Of a stretch of DNA of 64,000 bases, positions 32,049 to 42,033 are shown one piece after another. The translations under genes were made by a program, and so were the position numbers. The DNA comes from an uncultured virus (IMG/VR IMGVR_UViG_3300033233_000011) (Duplodnaviria; Heunggongvirae; Uroviricota; Caudoviricetes): IMG/VR virus record IMGVR_UViG_3300033233_000011; one strand, written 5' to 3'. How positions within the stretch are numbered: the stretch's first letter is position 1; every line of letters begins with the position of its first letter. A model generated the notes under the pieces. That model saw only the letters and a program-made list of their open reading frames with translations, was not told where the DNA came from and made no database searches.

Positions 32049-32606
32049 ATGGACTGGTTGCGCCGTCTCTCGAATCCGCTCGCCACGACCCAGGAACCGT
32101 GGGACGTGGCCCGCGAGCGATTGCTCGCGCTGGTGGAGGCGCCGGACGATCCGAGCCCGCAGGCCGTCGCGTCGGCGTTGGAACCGCTCGGACTCGGTGA
32201 CGCGCTCGTGAGCCACGAGGCGATGCGTGTGCTCTCGTTGCTCGGTCACAGGGGATCCGCGACGACGCTCCTGCGCGCCTCGGCTCTGCCTCGTTCTGTC
32301 CCGACGCTCTACGACGCGCGCTCTCTGATCACCGCCGTGCGTCGCCAGCGCGCCGAGAAGGCGGGCGCGGGGCGTACGCGCGCCGCGCTGAAGCGCAGGC
32401 TTGCCGTGCTCTCCGAGGATGATCGGCGGAGCCTCGACTACGCACGGAGCCGCGAGCGCGAGCTGGTGGAGAGGGCGCGCGCGTTCGAGGCGCTCGCGAA
32501 AGAAGGTCACTCGCCGGCGTGGGTTGCTCGAAGCTGGCGCGTACAGGCGCAGCAAGCGACCCGTGAGCGCGAGGTTCTGGAGCAGAGGCTGGCGGGCGTG
32601 CTGTGA
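32049..32606 (+). CDS. Helical hypothetical protein with N-terminal RLSNPL tag
   Basis: MDWLRRLSNPL. Confidence 0.7.
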   Translation: MDWLRRLSNPLATTQEPWDVARERLLALVEAPDDPSPQAVASALEPLGLGDALVSHEAMRVLSLLGHRGSATTLLRASALPRSVPTLYDARSLITAVRRQRAEKAGAGRTRAALKRRLAVLSEDDRRSLDYARSRERELVERARAFEALAKEGHSPAWVARSWRVQAQQATREREVLEQRLAGVL

Positions 32607-32993
32607 TCCACACCGAGCAGATCATCGAGCGCGCCGCCGACATGATCGCTCGCCGCGGCCTCAGCCCAGAGGGCGCCACGAAGAAGCTCGTGCGGGAGGG
32701 CGTCGATCCCTGGACCGCGTTCCTGTGCGCGAAAGCCGGCCGGATCCTCGCCCGCGACCGCCCCTCGCGTCCCCGGCGCCCGCCGGTGTAGACTTGCTCG
32801 TGTCCCGCGACGACACCTCGACCGTCGTCCCCTGCGCCGCCTGCAACGGAGGCTACCAGCAAGTGGAGGAGCTACCTGACGGCAAGTACCGCGCGACGGT
32901 CTGTCGCTGGTGCACGCAAGGAGGTATGGACCAGGGGCAGATCCTCGCCTGGGCGCGGCACGAGCGCGAGCGGCGTGAAGCGGGGCGTCAGCC

Positions 32994-33335
32994 GTGACCG
33001 CCCTCGAAGTCGTGGGCTCCGGCCTCGCCTCGTTCCTGACCGTCCTGCGCGGCGTCGAGGAGGTCCAGAAGCGGCGCAAGAAGGACGCTTCGCCCGAGTC
33101 GGGCGCAACGGCTGCGCTCACGACGCGCCTCGGGCGCCTGGAGCAGGACGTCGCCAGGTTGTTCGACCGCGACCCCCCGCCCGACCTCTCCGAGCGCGTC
33201 ACGCGCCTCGAAGACGACGTGCGGGAGAATGCCACGGCCGCTGCACTTCGCCACGATCGCGTGCTCGAAACCCTCGGGAAGTTGCGCGGCATGCTCGATG
33301 CACTGCTGCGCGGCGGGAGTATCCACGATGACTGA
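32994..33335 (+). CDS. Coiled-coil protein with hydrophobic N-terminus
   Basis: RLGRLEQ and RVTRLED heptad repeats. Confidence 0.6.
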   Translation: MTALEVVGSGLASFLTVLRGVEEVQKRRKKDASPESGATAALTTRLGRLEQDVARLFDRDPPPDLSERVTRLEDDVRENATAAALRHDRVLETLGKLRGMLDALLRGGSIHDD

Positions 33336-33496
33336 TCAGGTCAGGAAGAGCAGGAGCCGTCAGCTCGCCCAGCAGCTCGAACGGGCGAAGGGCGAGCGAG
33401 TCCTGAAGGAACTCGGCGAGCTGGAGAGCCTCGTCGCGACCGCCGTCCGGGCCAGGAGCGAGCGGCCGCGGGCGGTCGAGGCGCGCCGGAAGTAGG

Positions 33497-36001
33497 TCAG
33501 CGGCGGTGCTTCTTCTTCCTCGGCCGCTTCCTCGGCGCCTCGGGCGCTGGCGGGCGGCTCGTGACGAAGAAGATCGCCGCCGCGCCGACGATCGCGGTCG
33601 CCAGGAGCGCCACCCAGCCCATGCGCCGCGGCGCTGGGTCGGGCGGCGCCTGCACCTCGTCGGAGAAGAGCGCCATCATCGAGGAGACGTCGACGGACGG
33701 GACGGTGACCGGCGCCGCGACGGGCGGGGCGTACGCGGCCCACGCCACTTGTGCGGACGCAGCTTGCGCTATCGGCGCCGCCACGTTGGTGATCGTGTTG
33801 CCGAAGTGCTCGTGCTTGTGGGCGTGCACGTGGTAGTGGACCTCGGGTTTCGTCCCGCCGCGGTCGACCCACTCGACCTGCACCAGGCCTGGTTCCTCGG
33901 GAGGCTTCGGGTCCTCGACGATGACGATCGGCGCCGGGGTGGGCGGACTGAAGACCTGCCAGATCGGGTCGCTCTCCGAGACCGGGAAGCCGCCTCCCGA
34001 GCCGCCGCCGGTCGGGGGAGTCGCCACGGGGCGCCTGGGCTTCGGCTTCGGGGGCTTCGGCGACGGTGCTGGGTGGATGACCGTCACCGTCAGCTCGTCC
34101 GTGACGCTCACCGAGTCGAAGAGGTCGAGATTGACCGGGCCCTGGATCGTGATCGAGTCGGTGACGCCAGCAGAATCGAACAGCGAGACCGAGTAGTCAC
34201 CAGCCGTGGCGAGCACGTCCGAGATGCCGACGGAGTCCCCGATCGTGATCTCGCGCTCGGCCTCCGTCGCGATGGAGTCAGAAACGCCGACCGCGTCCGA
34301 GATGTCGACGGAGGCGCCAGCGGACGTCGAGATCACGTCGCCGATGTCGATGGAATCGCCTTCTGAACGCTCGAAGGTCAGTTCCAGCGCCGTGGAGTCG
34401 GTCGTGGCGATCGAGTCGGCCAGATCCACTCCGAGCGTCTTTTCGGTCGCGACGGAGTCGGTTGCCCCCGCCGAGTCCGAGAGGCTGACCTCGATTTGCA
34501 GGCCGGCGGCGACCTCGTCGGTGACGCCGACCGCGTCAGACGAGGTGATTGAGATATCGGACGCGGTGAAGGTCTCGTCCCCCACGTCGATCGAATCGCC
34601 CTCGGCGCGCTCGAAGGTCAACTCCAGGACGGAGCCGTCCGAGACGCTGGCGGAGTCGGCCGCGGCGACTTCCAGCGTCAATTCTGGTGCGACGGCGTCG
34701 GTGACGCCTGCGGCGTCCGCGAGGCTCCGGTCGTAACTCGCCTCCGTCGCGAGCGCGTCGGTCGCGTCGACCGCGTCACTCGGAGTCCGCTCCAGGCTCT
34801 CTTCCGTCGCGACGGCGTCTGAGACGCTCACGGAGTCGGACGCCGAGACCTCCAGCGTCAGCTCAGTCGCTACGCCGTCCGTCACGTCGACCGCGTCCGA
34901 GAGGTCGATCCCGCCCTGGATCACCTCGACCGTCAGGTCGTCCGAGACGCCCACGGAGTCGGTGCTGACGACCTCGACCTGCATCTCGGTCGCGAGCACG
35001 TCTCCGACGTCGACCGAGTCGCCCTCGACGCGCGCGTAGGTGAGATCGAGTGCCGTGGTGTCCGATACTGCGGCGGAGTCCGAGAGCGCGACGGCTACCT
35101 GAAGCTCGGTTCCGAGCGTGTCGGAGACGCCCGCCGAGTCCGAGAGCGCGACGGCCTTCTGCATCTCCGTCGCGATCGTGTCGGTCACGCTCACCGAATC
35201 GCTCGCGGATATTCCGATCTGGAGTTCCGTGGCGATCGAGTCGGTTACGTCGACCGAGTTGCTCAGGCTGACGGTCTTCTCCAGGCCGACGGTGACCGAG
35301 TCGGTGACGGCCGCCGCATCGCTGGGCGTGCGAGCGAACTGCGTCTCTTTCGCTACAGAGTCCGTGACTGCGGCCGAATCGCTCAGGCCCGTCGGCTCGA
35401 ACGTGAACGTCGGCGTCGTGACGATGCTGTTCGTCAGGTCCGTGCGGAACAGGCAGTCCGCGCTGTTCGACCCGCTCGCGGTCGTGACGACGCACGCGCA
35501 CTGGAGGCCGAGGTACTGACCCGCGAGCGTGACAGCAGCCAGCGAGGCAGACGTGACCGTTAGGTTCTGTGCCGCCGAGGTGAGGAGGTTCGACCAGTTC
35601 GTAGAGACGAGTGTTCCGGAGGTGATCTCCGTCGCGCTCGACATGTCGGTGTTAGCCGAGTACCAGATGCGAAAGCGAATGGCGCCGACGCCCGTGGACG
35701 CCGCACTGACGGCGATGACGCTGACCTTGACGGTCCACGCCGCGTTCGCGAACGTGCCCGCGATCGTGTTCTCGGATCGCCAGCAGTCGGATGTACTAGG
35801 GGCTCCGGAGGGCTGCGCGGTCGCGCCGAACGTGCTCGCGGCACGCTCGGTGTTCGCGATCATCAGCGAGTAGTTAGTCGCTGCCGTCTTGCCGACGGTC
35901 CAGCCGGTGACGGTCGTCGCCGTAGACGGACCCGTACCGCGGAACTGCAACGATCTGTGCGATGCCGAGGCCGTGTCCTTCAGGTAGAGCGTGACGGCCA
36001 T
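33497..36001 (-). CDS. 834-aa Ser/Thr/Asp-rich repeat protein, probable virion spike/fibre, with C-terminal TM and basic tail
   Basis: About 20 copies of a ~22-aa SDSxxVxD repeat, a Pro-rich linker, and WVALLATAIVGAAAIFFV followed by RKRPRKKKHRR. Confidence 0.75.
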   Translation of the reverse strand: MAVTLYLKDTASASHRSLQFRGTGPSTATTVTGWTVGKTAATNYSLMIANTERAASTFGATAQPSGAPSTSDCWRSENTIAGTFANAAWTVKVSVIAVSAASTGVGAIRFRIWYSANTDMSSATEITSGTLVSTNWSNLLTSAAQNLTVTSASLAAVTLAGQYLGLQCACVVTTASGSNSADCLFRTDLTNSIVTTPTFTFEPTGLSDSAAVTDSVAKETQFARTPSDAAAVTDSVTVGLEKTVSLSNSVDVTDSIATELQIGISASDSVSVTDTIATEMQKAVALSDSAGVSDTLGTELQVAVALSDSAAVSDTTALDLTYARVEGDSVDVGDVLATEMQVEVVSTDSVGVSDDLTVEVIQGGIDLSDAVDVTDGVATELTLEVSASDSVSVSDAVATEESLERTPSDAVDATDALATEASYDRSLADAAGVTDAVAPELTLEVAAADSASVSDGSVLELTFERAEGDSIDVGDETFTASDISITSSDAVGVTDEVAAGLQIEVSLSDSAGATDSVATEKTLGVDLADSIATTDSTALELTFERSEGDSIDIGDVISTSAGASVDISDAVGVSDSIATEAEREITIGDSVGISDVLATAGDYSVSLFDSAGVTDSITIQGPVNLDLFDSVSVTDELTVTVIHPAPSPKPPKPKPRRPVATPPTGGGSGGGFPVSESDPIWQVFSPPTPAPIVIVEDPKPPEEPGLVQVEWVDRGGTKPEVHYHVHAHKHEHFGNTITNVAAPIAQAASAQVAWAAYAPPVAAPVTVPSVDVSSMMALFSDEVQAPPDPAPRRMGWVALLATAIVGAAAIFFVTSRPPAPEAPRKRPRKKKHRR

Positions 36002-36010
36002 CGGCGCGGC

Positions 36011-36316
36011 CTACTCTACGCGCGTGAACACGTAGGAGCAGCTTGGGTAGTCCGTGATCTGCGTCGGGTGGCTGGGCCAGTGCGCGCAGGCCATCTTGTA
36101 GTAGTGGGCCTCGCGGTCGGTGCAGACGCCCACGCCGTCGCTCTCCCACGCGAAGAGCGGGCAAGCGCCTTTGACTTTCGCTGGCCCCTGCTCACCGAGA
36201 AATGGGTCTCCTGAGCGGCAGCATTCTCCGCAGCGGTTGCACACACCCGTCCGGCGCCACGTCACCCCATCGTGATCGACGAAGTCCTGCGGCGCGTCTT
36301 GCAGGACGGGGAGCAC
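36011..36316 (-). CDS. YkgJ/CxxCxxCC cysteine-cluster protein
   Basis: CNRCGECC...CPLF...C...C..WP. Confidence 0.75.
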   Translation of the reverse strand: MLPVLQDAPQDFVDHDGVTWRRTGVCNRCGECCRSGDPFLGEQGPAKVKGACPLFAWESDGVGVCTDREAHYYKMACAHWPSHPTQITDYPSCSYVFTRVE

Positions 36317-36552
36317 GTCACCTCGGGATGGGCGTCCGCTGTTCGTTGCCGCAGCTGCAGCCGGCGTAGACCACGTAGCCGTCCTCGACGCGGTCGATCT
36401 GCATCTCGCCCTTGCAGTGCGCGACGAGGCAGAAGCACGGCAGGATCCCCTTCACGAAGTCGAGGTCGAGACCGTACCGCTCGGCGATGGTTTGCAGCAG
36501 CGACTCGTAGGGGTCCGGCAGCGGAGCCGGAGTGGCCTTCACCAGATCCAGT

Positions 36553-36864
36553 TCAACCACCGACGATCTCCCTGCACGCCTCGGCCGAGCAGATCCGCCG
36601 CCCCTCGGTGTGCTCCTTCGTCTCCTTGCCGCACTTCGGGCACGGGTAGGCGACGATGGGGGCGCGCTCGTGCGGGGCCGCCATGGGCGCCTTTTCTTTG
36701 GCCCACACCGCCCGGCAGGGTTCGTGCGAGCAGATGCGCCGGTCCTCGATGTGCTCCTTCGTCTCGCGCCCGCAGCGGGGGCAGGGGTAGACGGCGGTGG
36801 TCTTCTCCCTGGCGAGTCCCGCCTCGATCGAGTCGGCGGCGGAGACTTTGTCGGTGATGTTCAT
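36553..36864 (-). CDS. Small protein with two tandem zinc ribbons
   Basis: YPCPxCGxETKEHxExRRICSxExCR occurs twice. Confidence 0.7.
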   Translation of the reverse strand: MNITDKVSAADSIEAGLAREKTTAVYPCPRCGRETKEHIEDRRICSHEPCRAVWAKEKAPMAAPHERAPIVAYPCPKCGKETKEHTEGRRICSAEACREIVGG

Positions 36865-37553
36865 GCGGCGTTCCTCTGGAGCAGGCGCTTGCGGGCCATG
36901 TGGTGGATCCGAATGTACGGGAACTTGAAGTGCTTGACCAGCAGCTCGATCATGACGCGCTCTTCCTCGGCATGCTGGCGACCGTGACACTGACGGCAAA
37001 GCCGCTCCAAATTGCTTTGTTCGGGGTTGCGTGGGTTGCGATCCTTGTGGTTTACGTCGATACCGTCATCGCCGCAGACCGCACAGGGGCCCGGAAGCGT
37101 TGCGCGACGCGCGCGTACACGGAGTGCGATCGTGGTGGCATCCTCGCGCGCGAGTCTGAGCTTCAGGTTGGGACGTCCGCGCTTTGCTTCCCCGTGTGAC
37201 TTGATGCGAATACCCGCCACCCTCAACGCGCGAAAGGTTGCTGGAATCGAAGCACCCGCAAGGTGTGCTACCTCAGAAGCGTTCCGGTTGTTGTCCACGT
37301 ATTGCTCGCGTAGCCATACCGGATTGTGCAACGTCGAAACGAACGCTCGACGGGGGCGCGGCGCATGCGAGCCGACGTGCTTGGCAAAGCGTCCGCGCTC
37401 GATCGGGATCTTGTGTTTTCGTAGGTTGTCCAGCACGGCCCCGTAGGTGCAGCCGAGCAGCTCCGCAATTTGCGGTGCGTTCATCCGCTTGTACTTCTTC
37501 CGGAGCCAGCGCGCATCGTAGAGCGTCTTGGCGAAGTCGGAGATGTAGGGCAT
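36861..37553 (-). CDS. HNH endonuclease with two N-terminal HTH repeats
   Basis: WLRxxY...IA HTH x2; CAVCG...VNHKDRNPRN...NLERLCRQCH. Confidence 0.85.
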   Translation of the reverse strand: MPYISDFAKTLYDARWLRKKYKRMNAPQIAELLGCTYGAVLDNLRKHKIPIERGRFAKHVGSHAPRPRRAFVSTLHNPVWLREQYVDNNRNASEVAHLAGASIPATFRALRVAGIRIKSHGEAKRGRPNLKLRLAREDATTIALRVRARRATLPGPCAVCGDDGIDVNHKDRNPRNPEQSNLERLCRQCHGRQHAEEERVMIELLVKHFKFPYIRIHHMARKRLLQRNAA

Positions 37554-37597
37554 GGCCCCATATCTAGCACGCCTACGTGGGCCAAGACCACCGCAGA

Positions 37598-38098
37598 CTA
37601 GGTTATTCTTGCTCGGTACGTGAGCTTCAATTTGTCGGCCGTCGTCTTCGCCACCGTCGCGAACACGCTCCGCATCAGGATCGATCCGCCAGGCGTCGTC
37701 TTCTGGTCCGACAGGATCACTTCCTTGATCGCCGCCGCGCTGAGCGAGCCGCCACCCGAAGGGTAGGAGATGATCCACTTGTAGGTGCGCCCGGCGTCGA
37801 CCGTCTTGCTGTCCACGGTCTTGATCGTGGACGTGATCGCGGTCTTCAAGTTCGTGTCACCCGAGCCCGCCGCCGCGCTGTTCTTGCCGAGGCGCATGAA
37901 GCGCCAGAGCTTCGTGCTCGTGCCGATCGTCATCTTCCACATGCGCTTCTTGCCGACGGTGACGATGAGGTTCGACGCCTCGCTGCGCTGGATCACCTCG
38001 GGGCCGTTCTTGCCGTCGCGGATCACCTCCACGACGACGCGGCCTCCCATGTGGGGGATCTCGTCGCTCAGCTCACGCAGATCGTTTTCGTCGCTCAT
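37598..38098 (-). CDS. Probable virion structural protein
   Basis: NLIVTVGK...LG....GDTNL...EV.L...RSVF..V.KT..DKLKLTY pattern seen in phage fibre-associated proteins. Confidence 0.55.
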   Translation of the reverse strand: MSDENDLRELSDEIPHMGGRVVVEVIRDGKNGPEVIQRSEASNLIVTVGKKRMWKMTIGTSTKLWRFMRLGKNSAAAGSGDTNLKTAITSTIKTVDSKTVDAGRTYKWIISYPSGGGSLSAAAIKEVILSDQKTTPGGSILMRSVFATVAKTTADKLKLTYRARIT

Positions 38099-39872
38099 CG
38101 CGGAACTCCTCGATCATGGTCAGGTTGTTGGCGGCTTCTGTCTTCATCTCGTCGGGTGCGTCGTCCGGGAGCAGTTCTACCACGCGCGCGGCCCAGGAGT
38201 GAGCCTCGTCCACTTTGCCGAGCGTCGCGAGCGTCATCGCCATCCGCTGCGCGGGCAGGTAGCTGTAGCAGGCGAGGTCGATCCACCACGTCGTGAAGGG
38301 CGGATCCCCGATGCGCGAGGCCGCGTAGCCGTACCAGACCAGGGCCTGCTCGTGCTGGTTCTGCTCGCTCGCCAGGTCCCCGAGCCACATCCAGTGCTCG
38401 CTCCGGCTCCAGTCGTCAGCGGCCGCGCCGAGCAGCACCTCGCGCGTCTCGACGAGGCGGCTCTCGGCGGCGAGGGTCTTCGCGAGGACCAGCCTCGTGT
38501 GGTACCGCGCCGGGCCGTTCTTGCTCGGCAGCGCCAGGAACTCGCGCAGCCGCTCGACGCTCCGGCGCGCGTCGTGCTCGCCCCACTCGGTCGCGAGGTA
38601 GTAGAGGCTGTTCTCGTTGCCGTTGACGACCCAGTCCTCCATCAGGTTCTTGCGGTTCTGGACCTTGCGCTGCGCGGCGCGCTCGACGTCCTTGGCGTGC
38701 GCTCGCTCGTGCAGCGTGGAAACCTGCGGCATCCGGACCGTGAGGAAGTCGTCCGGGTAGTCGAGCGTGTTGTGAGTCGCGCGCTTGAAGCGGATCTTCG
38801 GGTGTTTCCTGAAGAGCCACGGGAACGCCCAGCGTTGGCTGTGAGACGTGCGGAACACGAGCCCGACCTGCGCGCCCGCGGGCATCACGCGGTCCAGGGC
38901 GAGCAGTGTGTCCTGTCCCGAGGCGAGAGACTCGTGCCCCTCGGACATGAAGATCCACTCACCTGTGCAGCGGTCGATGCACTGGTTCCTGACGTGCGCG
39001 AAGTGCACGCCCGCCTCCGGCACGCCGTCCTCGGGCGGTCCCTGGGGGTTCTGGAGGTCGAAGACGACCTCGGCGTACTTCCTGGCGACCTCGCGCGTCG
39101 CGTCGGTCGTGCGCGGGTCCACGCCGATCACGATCTCGTCGGCGACGCCCCGGAAGCTCGCGAGCGTGCGGGCGAGGTCCGCGGCCTCGTCGCGCACCGG
39201 CATCGTGACGGAGAGCTTGAACGCCTTCGGGAAGCCGCAGACGCCGAGCAGGTAGCCGTCGATGCACTCGACGCGGGCGCGGTCGGGGCCGAAGTGTCGG
39301 CGTAGGAGCTTCAGGAACGAGAGCGCCGTGAACTTCACCGTGTGCTGCGGCTCCTCGTCGGGGCCGAGCCGGTCGTTCGGGACGGAGATGAGCGCGCGGC
39401 CTGCGTGCTTTGCGATCGACAGCACACGGTCCCGTGCCTCGACGCTCAGGTGCTCGACGCACTCGGTCGCGACGATGACGTGTCCAGGTTCGACGATGTC
39501 GCCGGGCAGAATGCGGCCCGAACGTATGTAGCCCGGTTGCATCGCCTCGACGAGCAACGGCAGGTTGCGGCCGGATTCCAGATCCACGAAGCGCGTACTG
39601 AGCCTAGCTGCCGCCGCCTGGCGAAGGGCTTCCACGCTGTGGTCCCACACGACGACGTCGCGCTTGCCTCCCCGCGAGATGCGCTCCGCGAGTACCCCCA
39701 CGCCGCCGCCAACGTCGTGCACCAGTCCGCGCTCGTGCTCGACCAGTTTTTCGATCCGGTCGTAGACGCCGCCGAGCGCGTCCTTGCGCCAGGTCTCGCG
39801 GCCCTCGGCCTTCCAGATCGCGTCCCAGTTCTCGACCGAGTTCGCCTGGCGGGCCTGCGTCTCCGCGTGCAT
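38073..39872 (-). CDS. Fusion of SAM-methyltransferase-like, GT2 glycosyltransferase and TPR-like regions
   Basis: DVGGGVG...ECVEHL; LSVTMPVRDE...DEIVIGVD..TTDAT...FAHVRN; helical C-terminus. Confidence 0.8.
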   Translation of the reverse strand: MHAETQARQANSVENWDAIWKAEGRETWRKDALGGVYDRIEKLVEHERGLVHDVGGGVGVLAERISRGGKRDVVVWDHSVEALRQAAAARLSTRFVDLESGRNLPLLVEAMQPGYIRSGRILPGDIVEPGHVIVATECVEHLSVEARDRVLSIAKHAGRALISVPNDRLGPDEEPQHTVKFTALSFLKLLRRHFGPDRARVECIDGYLLGVCGFPKAFKLSVTMPVRDEAADLARTLASFRGVADEIVIGVDPRTTDATREVARKYAEVVFDLQNPQGPPEDGVPEAGVHFAHVRNQCIDRCTGEWIFMSEGHESLASGQDTLLALDRVMPAGAQVGLVFRTSHSQRWAFPWLFRKHPKIRFKRATHNTLDYPDDFLTVRMPQVSTLHERAHAKDVERAAQRKVQNRKNLMEDWVVNGNENSLYYLATEWGEHDARRSVERLREFLALPSKNGPARYHTRLVLAKTLAAESRLVETREVLLGAAADDWSRSEHWMWLGDLASEQNQHEQALVWYGYAASRIGDPPFTTWWIDLACYSYLPAQRMAMTLATLGKVDEAHSWAARVVELLPDDAPDEMKTEAANNLTMIEEFRDERRKRSA

Positions 39873-39958
39873 CGCGAGCGCAGGTTACAGGAAAAGGCAA
39901 GCGCTTTCTAGTGGTTCTGGAACTTGCTCGTGTTGTGCAGCCGTTCTAGGCTCCCGCG

Positions 39959-40822
39959 ATGCAGACCCTCTCCGGACCGTTGGCGAAGTGGCTTTTCTCG
40001 TTGTTGATCGCGTCCACGAAGCCTGGCGGCAGCGTCTACAGCTTCGAGCCGGCGCTGGAGTGCGGAACGGACGCCGTTCGTGCTACCTGCCCGCTGACAC
40101 GAAGCTGCTCGAACGACGGCCCCTTGTGCGCTGCCCCTCGGTGGAGCGCCGTCCGACAGGCCTGGGTGCGCCCCGAGACCCGCGAGGGTGCCGCCCGGCG
40201 CTTCGTTTCCGTTGCGAACGCCCTGGCGGAGACCTCGACGCGCCTGACCGGGTGCCGTGACGAGTCCGGGTCGGTCGTCGAGGACTGCAAGCCGATCGCC
40301 TGGGGCGGTGGCGCCCGTGGCCTCGCCTCAGCCCTGACGACGCTCGTCGTCTGGGAGAGCGGAGGGCGCGAAGACATCGAGGCCGGCTACGCGCCGATGG
40401 GCCGCGGTCCCGACCACGAGGCTTGCATGTGCCAGGAGATGCCCGACCACATCAAGCCGTACGCCTCGTGGCTCCCCGAAGGCGCGACTGTCGAGGACGC
40501 CGTCCAGAGCGTGCTCGGCGAGCAGAACCTCGGGCACTGCTTCGAGGTCGCGGCGAGGATGATCTCCATCCGCCGACAGAACGCGGCGTCCATGTGCCAC
40601 GGACTGGACCCGATTTACGCGATGTTTTCGTTGTATGGCACGGGCTCTCGCTGCTCGTCCGCCGGTCTGTCCGTCGGCGACTTCGCGCTCAAGCGTCAGG
40701 GCACGTACCGGAAGTTCCTCTCGATGAAGCCGGCGCTGCCGGACTGGGTCGAGATGGCGATCGGGACACCGGTGCCGACGACGGTCGCCACTGTCTCGGA
40801 ACCCGCCAACCCGACCGAGTAA
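39959..40822 (+). CDS. Cys-containing hypothetical protein, possibly lysozyme-like
   Basis: TTGCTC-17-TAGGCT promoter 6 nt before ATG; VVWESG..EDI motif. Confidence 0.55.
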   Translation: MQTLSGPLAKWLFSLLIASTKPGGSVYSFEPALECGTDAVRATCPLTRSCSNDGPLCAAPRWSAVRQAWVRPETREGAARRFVSVANALAETSTRLTGCRDESGSVVEDCKPIAWGGGARGLASALTTLVVWESGGREDIEAGYAPMGRGPDHEACMCQEMPDHIKPYASWLPEGATVEDAVQSVLGEQNLGHCFEVAARMISIRRQNAASMCHGLDPIYAMFSLYGTGSRCSSAGLSVGDFALKRQGTYRKFLSMKPALPDWVEMAIGTPVPTTVATVSEPANPTE

Positions 40823-40836
40823 AGGAAACCCTTTCT

Positions 40837-41172
40837 TCACTTGCGTCGACCGTCGCGGTGTTCGAACTCTTTCAGAACCTTACGCCAAGTTAACCCTTGG
40901 TGTATGCGCTCTACGACCTGAACATCGACACCAAAACGATCAGCGATCTGCTTCTGCTCCACTATGCCACGGAGCCTGAGTACTTCATGAGCTTGATCGG
41001 CAGTGAGTTTTGCCCTGGGATTCTTCTCGCCAGAAGTGGACGGCCTGACAGGGCGAGTTTTTTCTAGTTGCAGCTTTTTCCAACTGCGGTTCGATAGAAC
41101 ACTGTTGACCGCAGAGCCACTGATCCCGAAGTGTGCAACTAGCTGCGCTTGTATGGGTCTTGGACAATTCAT
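40837..41172 (-). CDS. Tandem HTH protein resembling the DNA-binding tail of an HNH endonuclease (possible remnant)
   Basis: GEKNPRAKLT...IADRFGV....I..G.TW; low-GC segment. Confidence 0.6.
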   Translation of the reverse strand: MNCPRPIQAQLVAHFGISGSAVNSVLSNRSWKKLQLEKTRPVRPSTSGEKNPRAKLTADQAHEVLRLRGIVEQKQIADRFGVDVQVVERIHQGLTWRKVLKEFEHRDGRRK

Positions 41173-41408
41173 GCAATGCTTGAACAGATTCTGAACTCAA
41201 CTTGGCGCTGGGGTTGACTTCCCCCTCTAGCCCTTTGTGTAGCCCTGTTCTGTATGCGTTCCAGCCGCCGCCGGGGCTCCTACTCTAGCAGATCTGTGAA
41301 TCCGGCTGGTTCGCGGCGTGGCAGGCTTCGCGTTCGAAGGCGACCCTCCCGTCCTGGGTCGAGGAGGCGCTCTTCCCGGAGCAGGCGGCCGTCGTCGCTG
41401 CCGAGTGA

Positions 41409-41888
41409 TCACGGAGGCCCGTAGAGGAATCCTTCCTTCACGTACAGGCGCGGCCAGCCGGCCGTCAGGACGTCCGTCGTCGCGCCGGCGAAGCTGTTCA
41501 CGATGAGCGCGAGGACGTGCGGCAGGCTGTCGCCGGGGATGGTGTACTGCTTGTCGAGCATCTGCGCGATCATCACGTCGCCGAGCACCTGCGGCACCGT
41601 CGGCGAGACGCTCGAAAAGCTGAAGTCGAAGACCGCGTTCCCGTCGAGCTGCACGGCCACTGCGATCTCGTTGTTCCCGGGGGCTACCTGCGTCGATCGC
41701 AGCCGCACGTCGAACGAGACGAGCACGACGCGGGCCTGGGAGCTGGGGCCGAACGTGATCGGAGCCTGGCCGTTTACCTGCGTCAGCGCCGGGTACAGCA
41801 CGTCGGGCGCCACGTAGTCGGCCGACTGGCGCTGCGTCGGGCAGCACGACCCGGATCCTCCGCCGCCTCCCCCGGGGAAGATCGGCAT
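41409..41888 (-). CDS. Probable beta-rich virion protein
   Basis: MPIFPGGGGGGSG start; beta-strand pattern; in the structural operon. Confidence 0.55.
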   Translation of the reverse strand: MPIFPGGGGGGSGSCCPTQRQSADYVAPDVLYPALTQVNGQAPITFGPSSQARVVLVSFDVRLRSTQVAPGNNEIAVAVQLDGNAVFDFSFSSVSPTVPQVLGDVMIAQMLDKQYTIPGDSLPHVLALIVNSFAGATTDVLTAGWPRLYVKEGFLYGPP

Positions 41889-42033
41889 CAGGCCTTGAGC
41901 CTCTCCACGGTCAACTCGACGACGTCGCCAGGGAGCCCCAAGCGGACGACCGCAAGAGCTTCCGCAAGGATCTCGGCCCCCGAGAATTTCTTGCCGACGT
42001 GCTGTTGCACAGCCTTCACCAGTTCCTCGTTCG

